32,000 bases of DNA, from NCBI GenBank assembly GCA_964543385.1, contig CAZIYE010000001.1, positions 240,001 through 272,000 of the forward strand, in the 5' to 3' direction. This document shows positions 15,977 through 24,358 of the stretch, piece after piece. Below the pieces are notes generated by a model. The model was not told the origin of the DNA and did not search any database. It saw only the letters and a list, made by a program, of their open reading frames with translations. A program made the translations under genes and the position numbers. The stretch comes from an uncultured Candidatus Saccharibacteria bacterium (lineage in GTDB: Bacteria; Patescibacteriota; UBA1384; XYA2-FULL-43-10; 1-14-0-10-43-13). Position 1 is the stretch's first letter. Each line of letters opens with the position of its first letter.

Positions 15977-17414
15977 TTTGTTTTTTTAAGCCAGCAACTG
16001 CCTGGCTAAATTTTTTTCCCCTGTCCTTATAATTCTTGAACATGTCAAAACTTGCACAGGCAGGAGAAAATATCACAATGTCTCCTGCTTTAGCAATACT
16101 CTCTGCTCGCAAGACCACATCTTCTAAGGATGAAAATCCTGAAAATATCTTCCCTTTATATTTAGCTTCTATCAAGGCAGCTTCTATTTTCGACGCTTCC
16201 ATGCCTATAAGAATAGTAGCAGTTACATTGTTATTTGATATTATCTCGGCCATTTCTTTAAAGTCTGCACCCTTAGGGCTACCACCAAGAATAAGAATCT
16301 TATCATCTCTAAATGACTTAATCGCTGCAATTGTCGGTCTAGGATTTGTTGCGAAAGAGTCATTTATATATTTTACGTCATCAATTTCAGCAACGAGCTC
16401 AAGCCGATAGGGGAGACCGACAGTATTTTTTACAGCCTCAGATATTACCGAAATATCTGCACCTAAAATATTGCCAACAATTGCGGCAGCTGCGATATTT
16501 TCAAGATTATGCCGACCAAGTAGATTTATCTCGTCCTCAGTGCAAATCAACTCTTCCCTATCATTCTCCCCTCTCAGAAAAACGCCATTTCTACCATCAA
16601 CTTCTTTTATATATGCTATCGCCTCTTGATTTGTAGAGGGAGAGAAATAGCGAACATTAGATTTCAATTGAGAAATAAAACTCTTATCAAATGATGAAGC
16701 AATGTTTAAAACAGCAAAGTCAGACTCACTCTGATAAGCTAGAATGCTTTCCTTAGCACTATGATATTCTTCAATGTTTTTGTGATAATCAAGATGGTCA
16801 ATGTCTAAATTAGTCACTACGCCAATATGTGGACTCTTTTGCATATCGGCAAGTTGAAAATTGGATAATTCAAGAACAACAAAATCTTCTTCCTTAAGCT
16901 GTGGAATCAGACCAATGGCTGGGTAACCAATATTGCCAGCCAAATAAACATCCCTCTTTGTTTCTTGTTTCTTGTTTCTTGTTTCTTGTATAAGTATTTC
17001 AGCTATAAGGTTTGCCGTCGTTCCCTTGCCCTTAGTCCCTGTAACTCCGATAACCATGGAAGGACACAAATCCAAGAAAAGCTTGATTTGACTGGAAACC
17101 TGTATCCCCTTTTCTCTAGCTTCAACTAATTTGGGATGATTAAAATATACAGACGGTGAACGAAAGATAATATCAAAGTCATCTACAACTAAATCGCAGG
17201 TATTTGTTTCTAGTTTTTTTACGATTTTGTCACTATTAAATATATTTTTTAGAGATAAAATTAATTGTTCTTCGGTAGATTGCAATAAATCTGTTTCATT
17301 TTTCTGATCAAAAACTGTAATTTTAGCAACCTTATCAGACAAAAAGTCAGCCAAAGCAATCCCCTCTATGCCCAGACCCAGAACTGCAACTCTTTTGTCT
17401 TCAAATGAAGTCAT
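15960..17414 (-). CDS. murD: UDP-N-acetylmuramoylalanine--D-glutamate ligase MurD
   Basis: Rossmann-like N-terminus VAVLGLGIEGIALADFL, P-loop GVTGTKGKGTT, and the position between mraY and ftsW. It contains a heptanucleotide repeat-encoded insertion right after the P-loop helix. Confidence 0.88.
   Translation of the reverse strand: MTSFEDKRVAVLGLGIEGIALADFLSDKVAKITVFDQKNETDLLQSTEEQLILSLKNIFNSDKIVKKLETNTCDLVVDDFDIIFRSPSVYFNHPKLVEAREKGIQVSSQIKLFLDLCPSMVIGVTGTKGKGTTANLIAEILIQETRNKKQETKRDVYLAGNIGYPAIGLIPQLKEEDFVVLELSNFQLADMQKSPHIGVVTNLDIDHLDYHKNIEEYHSAKESILAYQSESDFAVLNIASSFDKSFISQLKSNVRYFSPSTNQEAIAYIKEVDGRNGVFLRGENDREELICTEDEINLLGRHNLENIAAAAIVGNILGADISVISEAVKNTVGLPYRLELVAEIDDVKYINDSFATNPRPTIAAIKSFRDDKILILGGSPKGADFKEMAEIISNNNVTATILIGMEASKIEAALIEAKYKGKIFSGFSSLEDVVLRAESIAKAGDIVIFSPACASFDMFKNYKDRGKKFSQAVAGLKKQNEQDK
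16958..16989 (-). repeat. period-7 tandem repeat, (CAAGAAA) x ~4.6 on the coding strand, inside murD
   Basis: Plus strand has tttcttg x4 (16961-16988), and the period-7 identity extends over 16958..16989. It encodes IQETRNKKQETKRD. Confidence 0.9.
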
Positions 17415-18436
17415 TATAAATTACCGCCTCCGATTACTGCCAAAGCAAGTCCTGCAACGGCTGATACTGCACCCAGAACCCAAAATCTCATCGTGATTTT
17501 ATACTCCGGCCAACCGACTGCTTCAAAGTGATGATGAATTGGAGAAGAAAGAAAAATCTTTTTCCCCTTGCGAAGTTTTTTAGATAGAAATTGTACGATA
17601 AAACTTAAACCTTCAATAGAAAAGACTGAGGTAATAAGGAAAAGTGGTATAACTGCATTTGTTAAAAATGCGACCACGCCCAATGTCATTCCTAGGGCCA
17701 TACTGCCAGTGTCTCCCATAAAGAATCGTGCAGGCGGAATATTAAACCAAAGAAAAGCAAAAAGCGCGCCCATCACAGTGGCGCAAAAAACAGCTAGACC
17801 AGCTTGACCTTGTAGCATTGCTATAATAGCAAATGCTCCGTAAGAACATGCGAAAATTCCACCAGCCAAACCATCTAGACCATCAGTTTCATTGGAGGCA
17901 AAAGCCATCCAAACAAGAACTACAATGAATAATGGTATATACCAGATACCGATACTAAAATCACCAAGCGCTGGTATATGAATAGAATTCCATCCCAATT
18001 TGTAATAAAACCACCAAGCACCGATAGCTGCAATGGTTGCGTAGAGAGGAAACTTTTGTCTGATTGTTAACCCACCACCCTTTTCGCCAATACCACGAAC
18101 ATTCAAAATATCGTCTATTGCCCCCACTATACCAGTAGCAATTAGTGAAAATAATGGTAGCCATGTAGCGGTTCTGGACAGATTAAAAAATAAAGTTAAA
18201 AATGCTGCTGTTATCCAAATCAACAAACCGCCCATTACTGGAGTGCCAGCCTTCTTCTCATGCAATTTCGCCATTATTGGCGCAGATTTAGCATCCCTTA
18301 TAGTTTTGCCCATCTTATATTTATAAAGAAAATTAGTTAAGACTGGCGTCCACGCGATTGCAATCAAAAAAGATGCGATACCGGTCCAAAACATTCTAAA
18401 CAATACTTGAGGTTCAATGGTAAAAGTTTCCAACAT
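17414..18436 (-). CDS. mraY: phospho-N-acetylmuramoyl-pentapeptide transferase MraY
   Basis: Polytopic membrane protein with DDILNVRG, NETDGLDGLAGG and HHHFE motifs. 1-nt overlap with murD (TAATG). Confidence 0.92.
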   Translation of the reverse strand: MLETFTIEPQVLFRMFWTGIASFLIAIAWTPVLTNFLYKYKMGKTIRDAKSAPIMAKLHEKKAGTPVMGGLLIWITAAFLTLFFNLSRTATWLPLFSLIATGIVGAIDDILNVRGIGEKGGGLTIRQKFPLYATIAAIGAWWFYYKLGWNSIHIPALGDFSIGIWYIPLFIVVLVWMAFASNETDGLDGLAGGIFACSYGAFAIIAMLQGQAGLAVFCATVMGALFAFLWFNIPPARFFMGDTGSMALGMTLGVVAFLTNAVIPLFLITSVFSIEGLSFIVQFLSKKLRKGKKIFLSSPIHHHFEAVGWPEYKITMRFWVLGAVSAVAGLALAVIGGGNL

Positions 18437-18446
18437 TATCTCCTAT

Positions 18447-19709
18447 TCATTTTACATTCTTCTTCTTTAGCCAGAAATTACTTTGACGAACCAATAGCTG
18501 ACCAGCCTGACTCGTATCAAGCATAAGCTTCTTAGTTATTTCTTCAAAATAATTTTTATTTTGGCTTGCCTTGATTAATACAAGATCACCCTTCTTGATT
18601 ATTTCTTCAAGATTTTTATACAAATCCTCTTTGGAATCAAAAACTGCAGAATTTTCTTTATCCCCATATCCCTGTTGCATGATCTTTGAATTAGGCCCTA
18701 TGAAAATAGCAAAGTCGCACTTTCCTTTTGCATATTGACCAATTATTTTATGAGCCTCTTTTTCAAAGCTACCAAGCTCATTCATATTACCAATAATTGC
18801 AACTTTTCTTGAATCATACTTCATTTTACTAAGCACGTCGAGAGCAGCCTTAACTGCCTCTGGATTAGAATTATAGGTATCATCAATAATATTTATTCCG
18901 CGCCTTCCTCTGACAAGATGCATCCTGCCGCTTGTTGGCACAAGCTTCTCTAATGATTTCTTGATCTGCAAAGACTGAATACCAAATGACTGTCCGATAG
19001 CAAAAGCTATTAACTGCGAATAAACAAACTGATCGCCTAACAAGTCTGATTTAACGGCAATATTTTGTCCTGTAGTTACTATGCGATAGTTAGTACCAGC
19101 AAGATCAATCTCTATATTGTCTGCACGATAATCAACATCTTTGTTTTTGATACCAATACGGACCAAATCGTTATTATGCAACTTTGATAGTTCATGATCA
19201 TCAGCATTAATAAATATCTTTCCAGCAGGTTTCACTATATCAATAAGCGATAGCTTTTCTTTTTTGAGAGCGTCAAAATCCTTAAAGTTTGCTAGATGTG
19301 CAGGTGCAATCAAAGTAATTACTCCGATGTCTGGCCTTACAATTTCAGAAAAATAACTGATATCACCAGGATGTTCAACTCCCATCTCTAAAATGAGGTA
19401 TTTTGGATATTTCTTTTCAAGAGTCCTGAAATAAGCCTTAATCAAAAACCAAGGCCAAAGCAACTTAGAGGGAAGGCTATCATAGCCCATTATGGTTAGA
19501 GGAATTCCTATTTCTGCATTCAAGCTACCATAATTTTTGCGGACTTGTTCGCCAAATTTGTCATGAAGGACCTGAAAAACTGCTTCCTTTGCAGAACCCT
19601 TACCTGCTGATCCAGTTATGCCTATGACAAAAGGTTTATGTTTATTGATAACTCTTTTCGCAAAGCTTGCCAGAATTAAATAGATAAATTTTAAAACCAT
19701 ATTCTTCAT
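18447..19709 (-). CDS. murF: UDP-N-acetylmuramoyl-tripeptide--D-alanyl-D-alanine ligase MurF
   Basis: P-loop GITGSAGKGSAKE, DDTYNSNPEAVKAALDVL, and its position directly upstream of mraY. Confidence 0.85.
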   Translation of the reverse strand: MKNMVLKFIYLILASFAKRVINKHKPFVIGITGSAGKGSAKEAVFQVLHDKFGEQVRKNYGSLNAEIGIPLTIMGYDSLPSKLLWPWFLIKAYFRTLEKKYPKYLILEMGVEHPGDISYFSEIVRPDIGVITLIAPAHLANFKDFDALKKEKLSLIDIVKPAGKIFINADDHELSKLHNNDLVRIGIKNKDVDYRADNIEIDLAGTNYRIVTTGQNIAVKSDLLGDQFVYSQLIAFAIGQSFGIQSLQIKKSLEKLVPTSGRMHLVRGRRGINIIDDTYNSNPEAVKAALDVLSKMKYDSRKVAIIGNMNELGSFEKEAHKIIGQYAKGKCDFAIFIGPNSKIMQQGYGDKENSAVFDSKEDLYKNLEEIIKKGDLVLIKASQNKNYFEEITKKLMLDTSQAGQLLVRQSNFWLKKKNVK

Positions 19710-19752
19710 AATCTGTTCTAGCCCTAACTTTATTATTTTATAAAACTATTGA

Positions 19753-21495
19753 TCACTTTACCGGCTCTGTTGGCGGTATCCGATAATGATAATTTAACAG
19801 AAAAGAAGCAAGATCACCAAATAGAGGAGCCGCTGTTGTTTCAGCATATTTTGCCGTTTTGGGTTTGGTCAATTTTACAATCATTGCAAATTGCGGATTA
19901 TCAATCGGAGCGATACCAGCAAGTGAGTGATTATAAATGCCAAGATTGGTTTCATTGTTTTCATATCCACCTTCTGGTTTAGGAATCTGTGCAGTACCTG
20001 TTTTAGCACCAACCTTGAAACCCGGCACCCCTGCCTTTTTAGAGTGACCATTGACTACCACTGAGTAGAGCATATTCTGCAAAGACTTGGCTGACTGCTC
20101 GCTAACTACCTGCTCGCCTTCTTGTTTTGAGACTTTTTTCTCGCTGCCATCAGCGAAAATCATCTTATCAATCACATGAGGATAAATATATTTTCCGTTA
20201 TTTGCTATTGCAGCATATGCAGCAACCATCTCAATAGGAGTTACAGAAATTCCCTGACCAAATGAAATATTGGCCGTCTGGATATTTCTCCATTCTTTCA
20301 GAGGTGGTACGCGACCAGATATCTCCGTATCCAGGTCAATACCTGTTTTACTCAGGAGACCAAAAGATTTTATGTATTTGTATAATGTATCCTTGCCAAG
20401 TTTTTCTGCAAGCCAAGTCATTGCCACATTATCAGAATTTTCCAGGACCTGAGTCATAGTTTCTTCACCGAATGCCTTGTCTTCAGCCGTATGTATCTCA
20501 TAGCCGTCAACAACTGTAAAATTACTAAATTTTTCTTTGGTATCAGGCGTCACATCACCATGATCAATCGCCGATGCCATAACTATTGGTTTCATTATGC
20601 TGCCCGGCTCATAAAGATGCGATATGGCGGGATTCATAAACAAACTTGGATCTTTATCTGCTTGCTCTCGATAATTATTTGGATCATAAGACGGTAAATT
20701 TGCCATTGCAATGATCCCACCAGTTTTTACATCCATAATTATGACAGTTCCTGAATCGGCCTGATAGGTAGTTATGGCCTCGCCTAATTTTTTTTCTACA
20801 TAGTACTGGACAGCCCTGTCTATAGTAAGAACATAGCTCGTACCATCTGCCGGATCTTTTTGTTCTAATAAATTAATTATTCTCCCAAGAGTATCTTTTT
20901 CTCCCCTAACATTGCCTTCTTTACCCTGAAGCTCACTATTGTAATGTCCTTCAAAACCATAATTACCAATACTATCTGAATTCACAAAACCAAGCAGCTG
21001 AGCGGCTAATATACCTTCTGGATAATACCGACTGTATTCAGGCATGACATAAATTCCAGCAATTTTGCTGTTTTTTATCTCATTGGCCTGGTCAAGAGAT
21101 AACCCTCTTCTTATTGGCGGAATATATAATTTATCATTATTAATTTTAGAAAAGACTTCGCCTTCTGGAAGAAGCAAAAGTTTTTCAAGATTTTTTGCCA
21201 CCTCAGCCTTATTTTTGATATGTCTTGGGACAACCCAAATAGCAAACTTTTTCATATCAAAAGCCAATGGATAGTAAGATTTAGGATCAATCGCCGAATC
21301 ATGAACCAATATTTTCCCGCGCTCAGCAATCTGACTCTTTTCAAAACGCTGTTGTCCCTGTGCCAAGGCCAAATAACGAACATGATCTACGATTTGAATC
21401 CCCGCCATTTTTGACAAAAGAATAAGCGATGATAAAACAATAACCACACTCAAAGCTTTGAGTCTTGTCTCAATTGTACGTTTATATTCGCCCAT
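19753..21495 (-). CDS. ftsI: class B penicillin-binding protein / peptidoglycan D,D-transpeptidase FtsI
   Basis: N-terminal TM anchor, PBP dimerisation region, and transpeptidase motifs SxxK (SIMK), SxN (SDN) and KTG (KTGTA). Confidence 0.9.
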   Translation of the reverse strand: MGEYKRTIETRLKALSVVIVLSSLILLSKMAGIQIVDHVRYLALAQGQQRFEKSQIAERGKILVHDSAIDPKSYYPLAFDMKKFAIWVVPRHIKNKAEVAKNLEKLLLLPEGEVFSKINNDKLYIPPIRRGLSLDQANEIKNSKIAGIYVMPEYSRYYPEGILAAQLLGFVNSDSIGNYGFEGHYNSELQGKEGNVRGEKDTLGRIINLLEQKDPADGTSYVLTIDRAVQYYVEKKLGEAITTYQADSGTVIIMDVKTGGIIAMANLPSYDPNNYREQADKDPSLFMNPAISHLYEPGSIMKPIVMASAIDHGDVTPDTKEKFSNFTVVDGYEIHTAEDKAFGEETMTQVLENSDNVAMTWLAEKLGKDTLYKYIKSFGLLSKTGIDLDTEISGRVPPLKEWRNIQTANISFGQGISVTPIEMVAAYAAIANNGKYIYPHVIDKMIFADGSEKKVSKQEGEQVVSEQSAKSLQNMLYSVVVNGHSKKAGVPGFKVGAKTGTAQIPKPEGGYENNETNLGIYNHSLAGIAPIDNPQFAMIVKLTKPKTAKYAETTAAPLFGDLASFLLNYHYRIPPTEPVK

Positions 21496-21514
21496 AACGT
21501 TATATTACCAAAAA

Positions 21515-21877
21515 TTAGTTCACTTTGGCTAAATTTGTTTTATCATTAGTAAAATTTACGCTAGATACCGGCTCCATGACTTGCTTTTCAATACCACTAT
21601 CGATCACTCTGAGCGCCTTCAATCTTGTCTGTTCTGCCTCTAGACGTTCTTTTTCAAGCATCAGTTCATCTTTTTTTGATTCAATATCTCTAACTCGGAC
21701 GCTTCTAGATGCTCCTGCTGTCGATTGGCTTAAATAGACCACAGCTAAAACAGCGACGATAGTAAGTGCAATAAACTTTATTGCATTAGGTCCAACTACA
21801 AAGCCCTTACTTACTGTTTTCTTTTTTTTGCCTAATCTAATTGAATTTGAATTTGTAACAATAAAATCTCTCGCCAA
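21515..21877 (-). CDS. ftsL: FtsL-like / septum-formation-initiator-like protein, 120 aa
   Basis: Single TM (FIALTIVAVLAVVYL) followed by a coiled coil (KKDELMLEKERLEAEQTRLKAL). Located directly upstream of ftsI. TTG start with GGAGG 4 nt upstream. Confidence 0.65.
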   Translation of the reverse strand: MARDFIVTNSNSIRLGKKKKTVSKGFVVGPNAIKFIALTIVAVLAVVYLSQSTAGASRSVRVRDIESKKDELMLEKERLEAEQTRLKALRVIDSGIEKQVMEPVSSVNFTNDKTNLAKVN

Positions 21878-21903
21878 TTTGCCTCCAGGGATATTAATCT
21901 TAG

Positions 21904-22136
21904 TTGCTGCCAGCCATTTTTTGTTTTCTTGCCCCGTGAAATATTTCTTTCAAACATTATTTCAATGGGGTGTTTCTTCGCCCAAATTTTTGTTTTTGTC
22001 CCTCACCTCTCGGATTGACTAGAATCAGAAAGGTGAGGGGTTAGGCTCTGCCCCTCCTTTGTCCTCCTCCGAGCCTCAATAATGAAGCGTATACAAATGA
22101 GAACGGGTTAGAGCCTAAAGTACAGGCTGGCAGCAA
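21904..22136 (-). ncRNA. candidate structured RNA / cis-regulatory leader in the mraZ-ftsL gap
   Basis: Perfect 12-bp long-range stem (21904-21915 / 22125-22136). It encloses an 11-bp hairpin (22000-22010 / 22029-22039), a second hairpin (21932-21970), and an 8-bp pairing (22041-22048 / 22111-22118) that has a competing partner at 22071-22076. GC-enriched relative to other spacers. No ORF on the operon strand. One stem position is G-U only in minus-strand sense. Confidence 0.5.
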
Positions 22137-22213
22137 TAAAATCGATTTCCTATTTCTTGCTACAAATTGTAAATGTACTAACTTTCTACTCTCGACCCTC
22201 TACTATCTACTTT

Positions 22214-22645
22214 CTAGAAACCGATCTCTGATAATTGCTCCGCTACTTCCTCGGAATTGTTTTCCATGTCTGTTTTGAACTCATTCCACTTTTCCTCTGC
22301 CCAAATCTCCAATCTATTATGCATCCCTGTTACAACTACCTTGCCTTTTATTCCAGCATAATCAGCTAAATACTTAGGCACATTTACTCTGCCAACTTTA
22401 TCAAGTTTCAAATCCATCGCGCCGGAAAGGATAAATCTGCCAAAGCTTCGGGCATTCTTTTGCGTTATTGGTAATTGCGATACTTGCTCGGCTATCTTTT
22501 CCCATTCAGCCTCAGTATAAAGCCACAAACATCCATCAAGTCCACGAGTTAGGATCAAGCCTTTCGCTAATTCATCACGAAACTTAGCCGGCACCGACAT
22601 TCTCCCCTTCTCGTCTAAGCTGTGTTGATACTCACCAATGAACAT
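22214..22645 (-). CDS. mraZ: transcriptional regulator MraZ
   Basis: MFIGEYQHSLDEKGRMSVPAKFR plus a second SpoVT/AbrB-like half (KLDKVGRVNVPKYL). ATG 22645 is preferred over GTG 22657, because the GTG lies inside the third MraZ-box repeat. Confidence 0.9.
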   Translation of the reverse strand: MFIGEYQHSLDEKGRMSVPAKFRDELAKGLILTRGLDGCLWLYTEAEWEKIAEQVSQLPITQKNARSFGRFILSGAMDLKLDKVGRVNVPKYLADYAGIKGKVVVTGMHNRLEIWAEEKWNEFKTDMENNSEEVAEQLSEIGF

Positions 22646-22647
22646 TA

Positions 22648-22677
22648 TGTTTCCCACTTTTTACCACTTTTTACCAC
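22648..22677 (-). promoter_or_regulatory. three direct repeats phased at 10 nt (putative MraZ boxes)
   Basis: Minus strand reads GTGGTAAAAA GTGGTAAAAA GTGGGAAACA (22677-22648). This lies between the predicted -10 and the mraZ ATG. Confidence 0.7.
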
Positions 22678-22685
22678 ATGTATCT

Positions 22686-22714
22686 ATTTTATGCGTACTA
22701 TATAGATACGTCAA
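22686..22714 (-). promoter_or_regulatory. dcw (mraZ) promoter
   Basis: Minus strand: TTGACG (22714-22709), 17 nt, TAAAAT (22691-22686). Confidence 0.6.
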
Positions 22715-22744
22715 CAACCCAAAAGATACTTTTTTGTGGATAAT

Positions 22745-22786
22745 AAAAAACTGGCCTGCCTTTTAAGCAGTCCAGCCTTTTATTTT
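22745..22786 (-). terminator. rho-independent terminator downstream of glyQS
   Basis: 9-bp stem with one mismatch (22752-22760 / 22768-22776). In minus sense it is followed by TTTTTTATTAT. Confidence 0.7.
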
Positions 22787-22797
22787 TCTAATTTTAT

Positions 22798-24165
22798 CTA
22801 GCCAATTTTATTTAAAATAAAATCTTTTATTTCAACTATTTTTACTCTCTCTTGCTCCATTGTATCCCGGCTACGCAAAGTCACAGTTTTATTTTCTATA
22901 GAGTCAAAATCAACCGTGACACACCAAGGAGTGCCAATTTCATCCTGACGACGATAGCGTCGACCGACCGAACCAGATTCGTCATAAAAAGTATTAATTC
23001 CGGCCTGTTTTAATTCTTTTACGATATTGGCGGCAATTTCAGGTAGTCCCTCTTTCTTTACAAGCGGAAATACTGCAACCTTAATAGGCGCAATTTTAGT
23101 ATCAAGGCGGAGGGTTACCTCCCCTGCTTTTCGACCATCGCTACCATCAGATTCATCGTAGGCGTCAACCAAACAGGCAAGCATCGCCCTGTCGACACCG
23201 AGAGCAGGCTCGACAACAAATGGCAAATATTTCTTGCCTGTTGCCTCATCAAAATATTTCAAGTCTTGTCCAGATATTTTTTCATGCTGTCTCAAGTCAT
23301 AATCAGTTCTTTGCGCGATACCACCAAGCTCAGAAATACCAAATGGAAAATCATATTCAACATCGGATGTCCCTGCTGAATAATGAGATAATTCCTCTTT
23401 GGTATGCTCGCGGATTGATAGATTATCGTCCTTGATACCGATCTCTTGGTAAAACTCTTTCGCTTTTTCGACCCAATATTTATACCACTTCTGACTTTCT
23501 TCGAGGCTTGCTTCAACAAAAAATTCGATCTCCATCTGTTCAAATTCACGAGTACGGAATATGAAGTTTCCAGGTGTTATCTCATTTCTGAATGACTTAC
23601 CGATTTGAGCAATACCAAATGGAGGCTTGATCCTGGTTGATTGAATAACGTTTTTGAAATTTAAAAAGATTCCTTGCGCGGTCTCCGGTCTCAAATATGC
23701 AGTAGCAGCAGAGTCTTCAGTTGCACCAACGAAAGTTTTAAACATTAGATTAAATTCTCTTGGCTCAGTAAATTGCTTTGAGCCACAGGCCGAACATTGA
23801 TTCGCTTCTTTAGCCTTTCCACCAATAAATTTCCCTTCGCGCATATTGTCTTCGCGATAACGAGAATGACACTCCAAACATTCTACTAATGGATCGCTAA
23901 AAGATTTTAGATGACCAGAAGCTTCCCAAGTCTTTGGGTTTTGGATAATTGCAGAATCTAAACCGACAATATTGTCCTCACTAGTAACAAATTTCTTCCA
24001 CCAGTAATCCTTGATATTTTTTTTCATCTGACTACCAAGAGGCCCAAAATCAAAAGCATTTGCAAACCCACCATAAATCTCACTTGCCGGATAAACAAAT
24101 CCCCTTCTCTTGCAAAGAGAAATAATTTTTTCCATCAAGTCATTTTTGTTCTGTTTGTTTTCCAT
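22798..24165 (-). CDS. glyQS: glycine--tRNA ligase (class II, alpha2 GlyQS type), 455 aa
   Basis: RRGFVYPASEIYGGFANAFDFGPLG, class II motifs (FRNEITPGNFIFRTREFEQMEIEFF), and a C-terminal anticodon-binding domain. ATG 24165 (MENKQNK) with AAGAAGG 8 nt upstream is preferred over the 19-codon upstream extension. Confidence 0.9.
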   Translation of the reverse strand: MENKQNKNDLMEKIISLCKRRGFVYPASEIYGGFANAFDFGPLGSQMKKNIKDYWWKKFVTSEDNIVGLDSAIIQNPKTWEASGHLKSFSDPLVECLECHSRYREDNMREGKFIGGKAKEANQCSACGSKQFTEPREFNLMFKTFVGATEDSAATAYLRPETAQGIFLNFKNVIQSTRIKPPFGIAQIGKSFRNEITPGNFIFRTREFEQMEIEFFVEASLEESQKWYKYWVEKAKEFYQEIGIKDDNLSIREHTKEELSHYSAGTSDVEYDFPFGISELGGIAQRTDYDLRQHEKISGQDLKYFDEATGKKYLPFVVEPALGVDRAMLACLVDAYDESDGSDGRKAGEVTLRLDTKIAPIKVAVFPLVKKEGLPEIAANIVKELKQAGINTFYDESGSVGRRYRRQDEIGTPWCVTVDFDSIENKTVTLRSRDTMEQERVKIVEIKDFILNKIG

Positions 24166-24305
24166 TAATCTGCCTTCTTTATAATGAATAGAGCTAAAAA
24201 AACTATAACACCTTAACACCATATTGACAATCTATAATATTTCAACTTTTTATTAGACTACCAATATATCACCTTTCAAAACACTGTCTTGCCCAATTCT
24301 CTTTA

Positions 24306-24339
24306 TAAAAAAGACCCTGCAAATGTGGGGTCTTTTTTA
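24306..24339 (-). terminator. rho-independent terminator downstream of the GT2 gene
   Basis: Stem agaccct (24312-24318) / ggggtct (24327-24333), flanked by A6 and T6 runs. Confidence 0.7.
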
Positions 24340-24358
24340 TAATCGGCAAGCTCTCTGC

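Noticed and set aside
21828-22022. 64-aa plus-strand ORF entering the mraZ-ftsL gap
   Set aside because: It starts antisense within ftsL and has no SD. It is more parsimoniously a by-product of the structured, stop-poor GC-enriched element.
22041-22077. Possible SRP-RNA domain IV look-alike (operon-sense gaggCUC-GGAG-GAGgaca, a GNAR-type tetraloop)
   Set aside because: The flanking conserved SRP nucleotides (the AGCA symmetric-loop side, and GGAAGCAGCC-like sequence) are not present. An SRP RNA inside the dcw operon would also be unprecedented. I likewise saw no RNase P, tmRNA or 6S hallmarks. Only a covariance-model scan can settle this.
22187-22213. Clustered AGTAG pentamers (operon sense) just after the mraZ stop
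   Set aside because: They are short, degenerate and irregularly spaced. I could not distinguish them from chance, so they are only noted as part of the unusual spacer.
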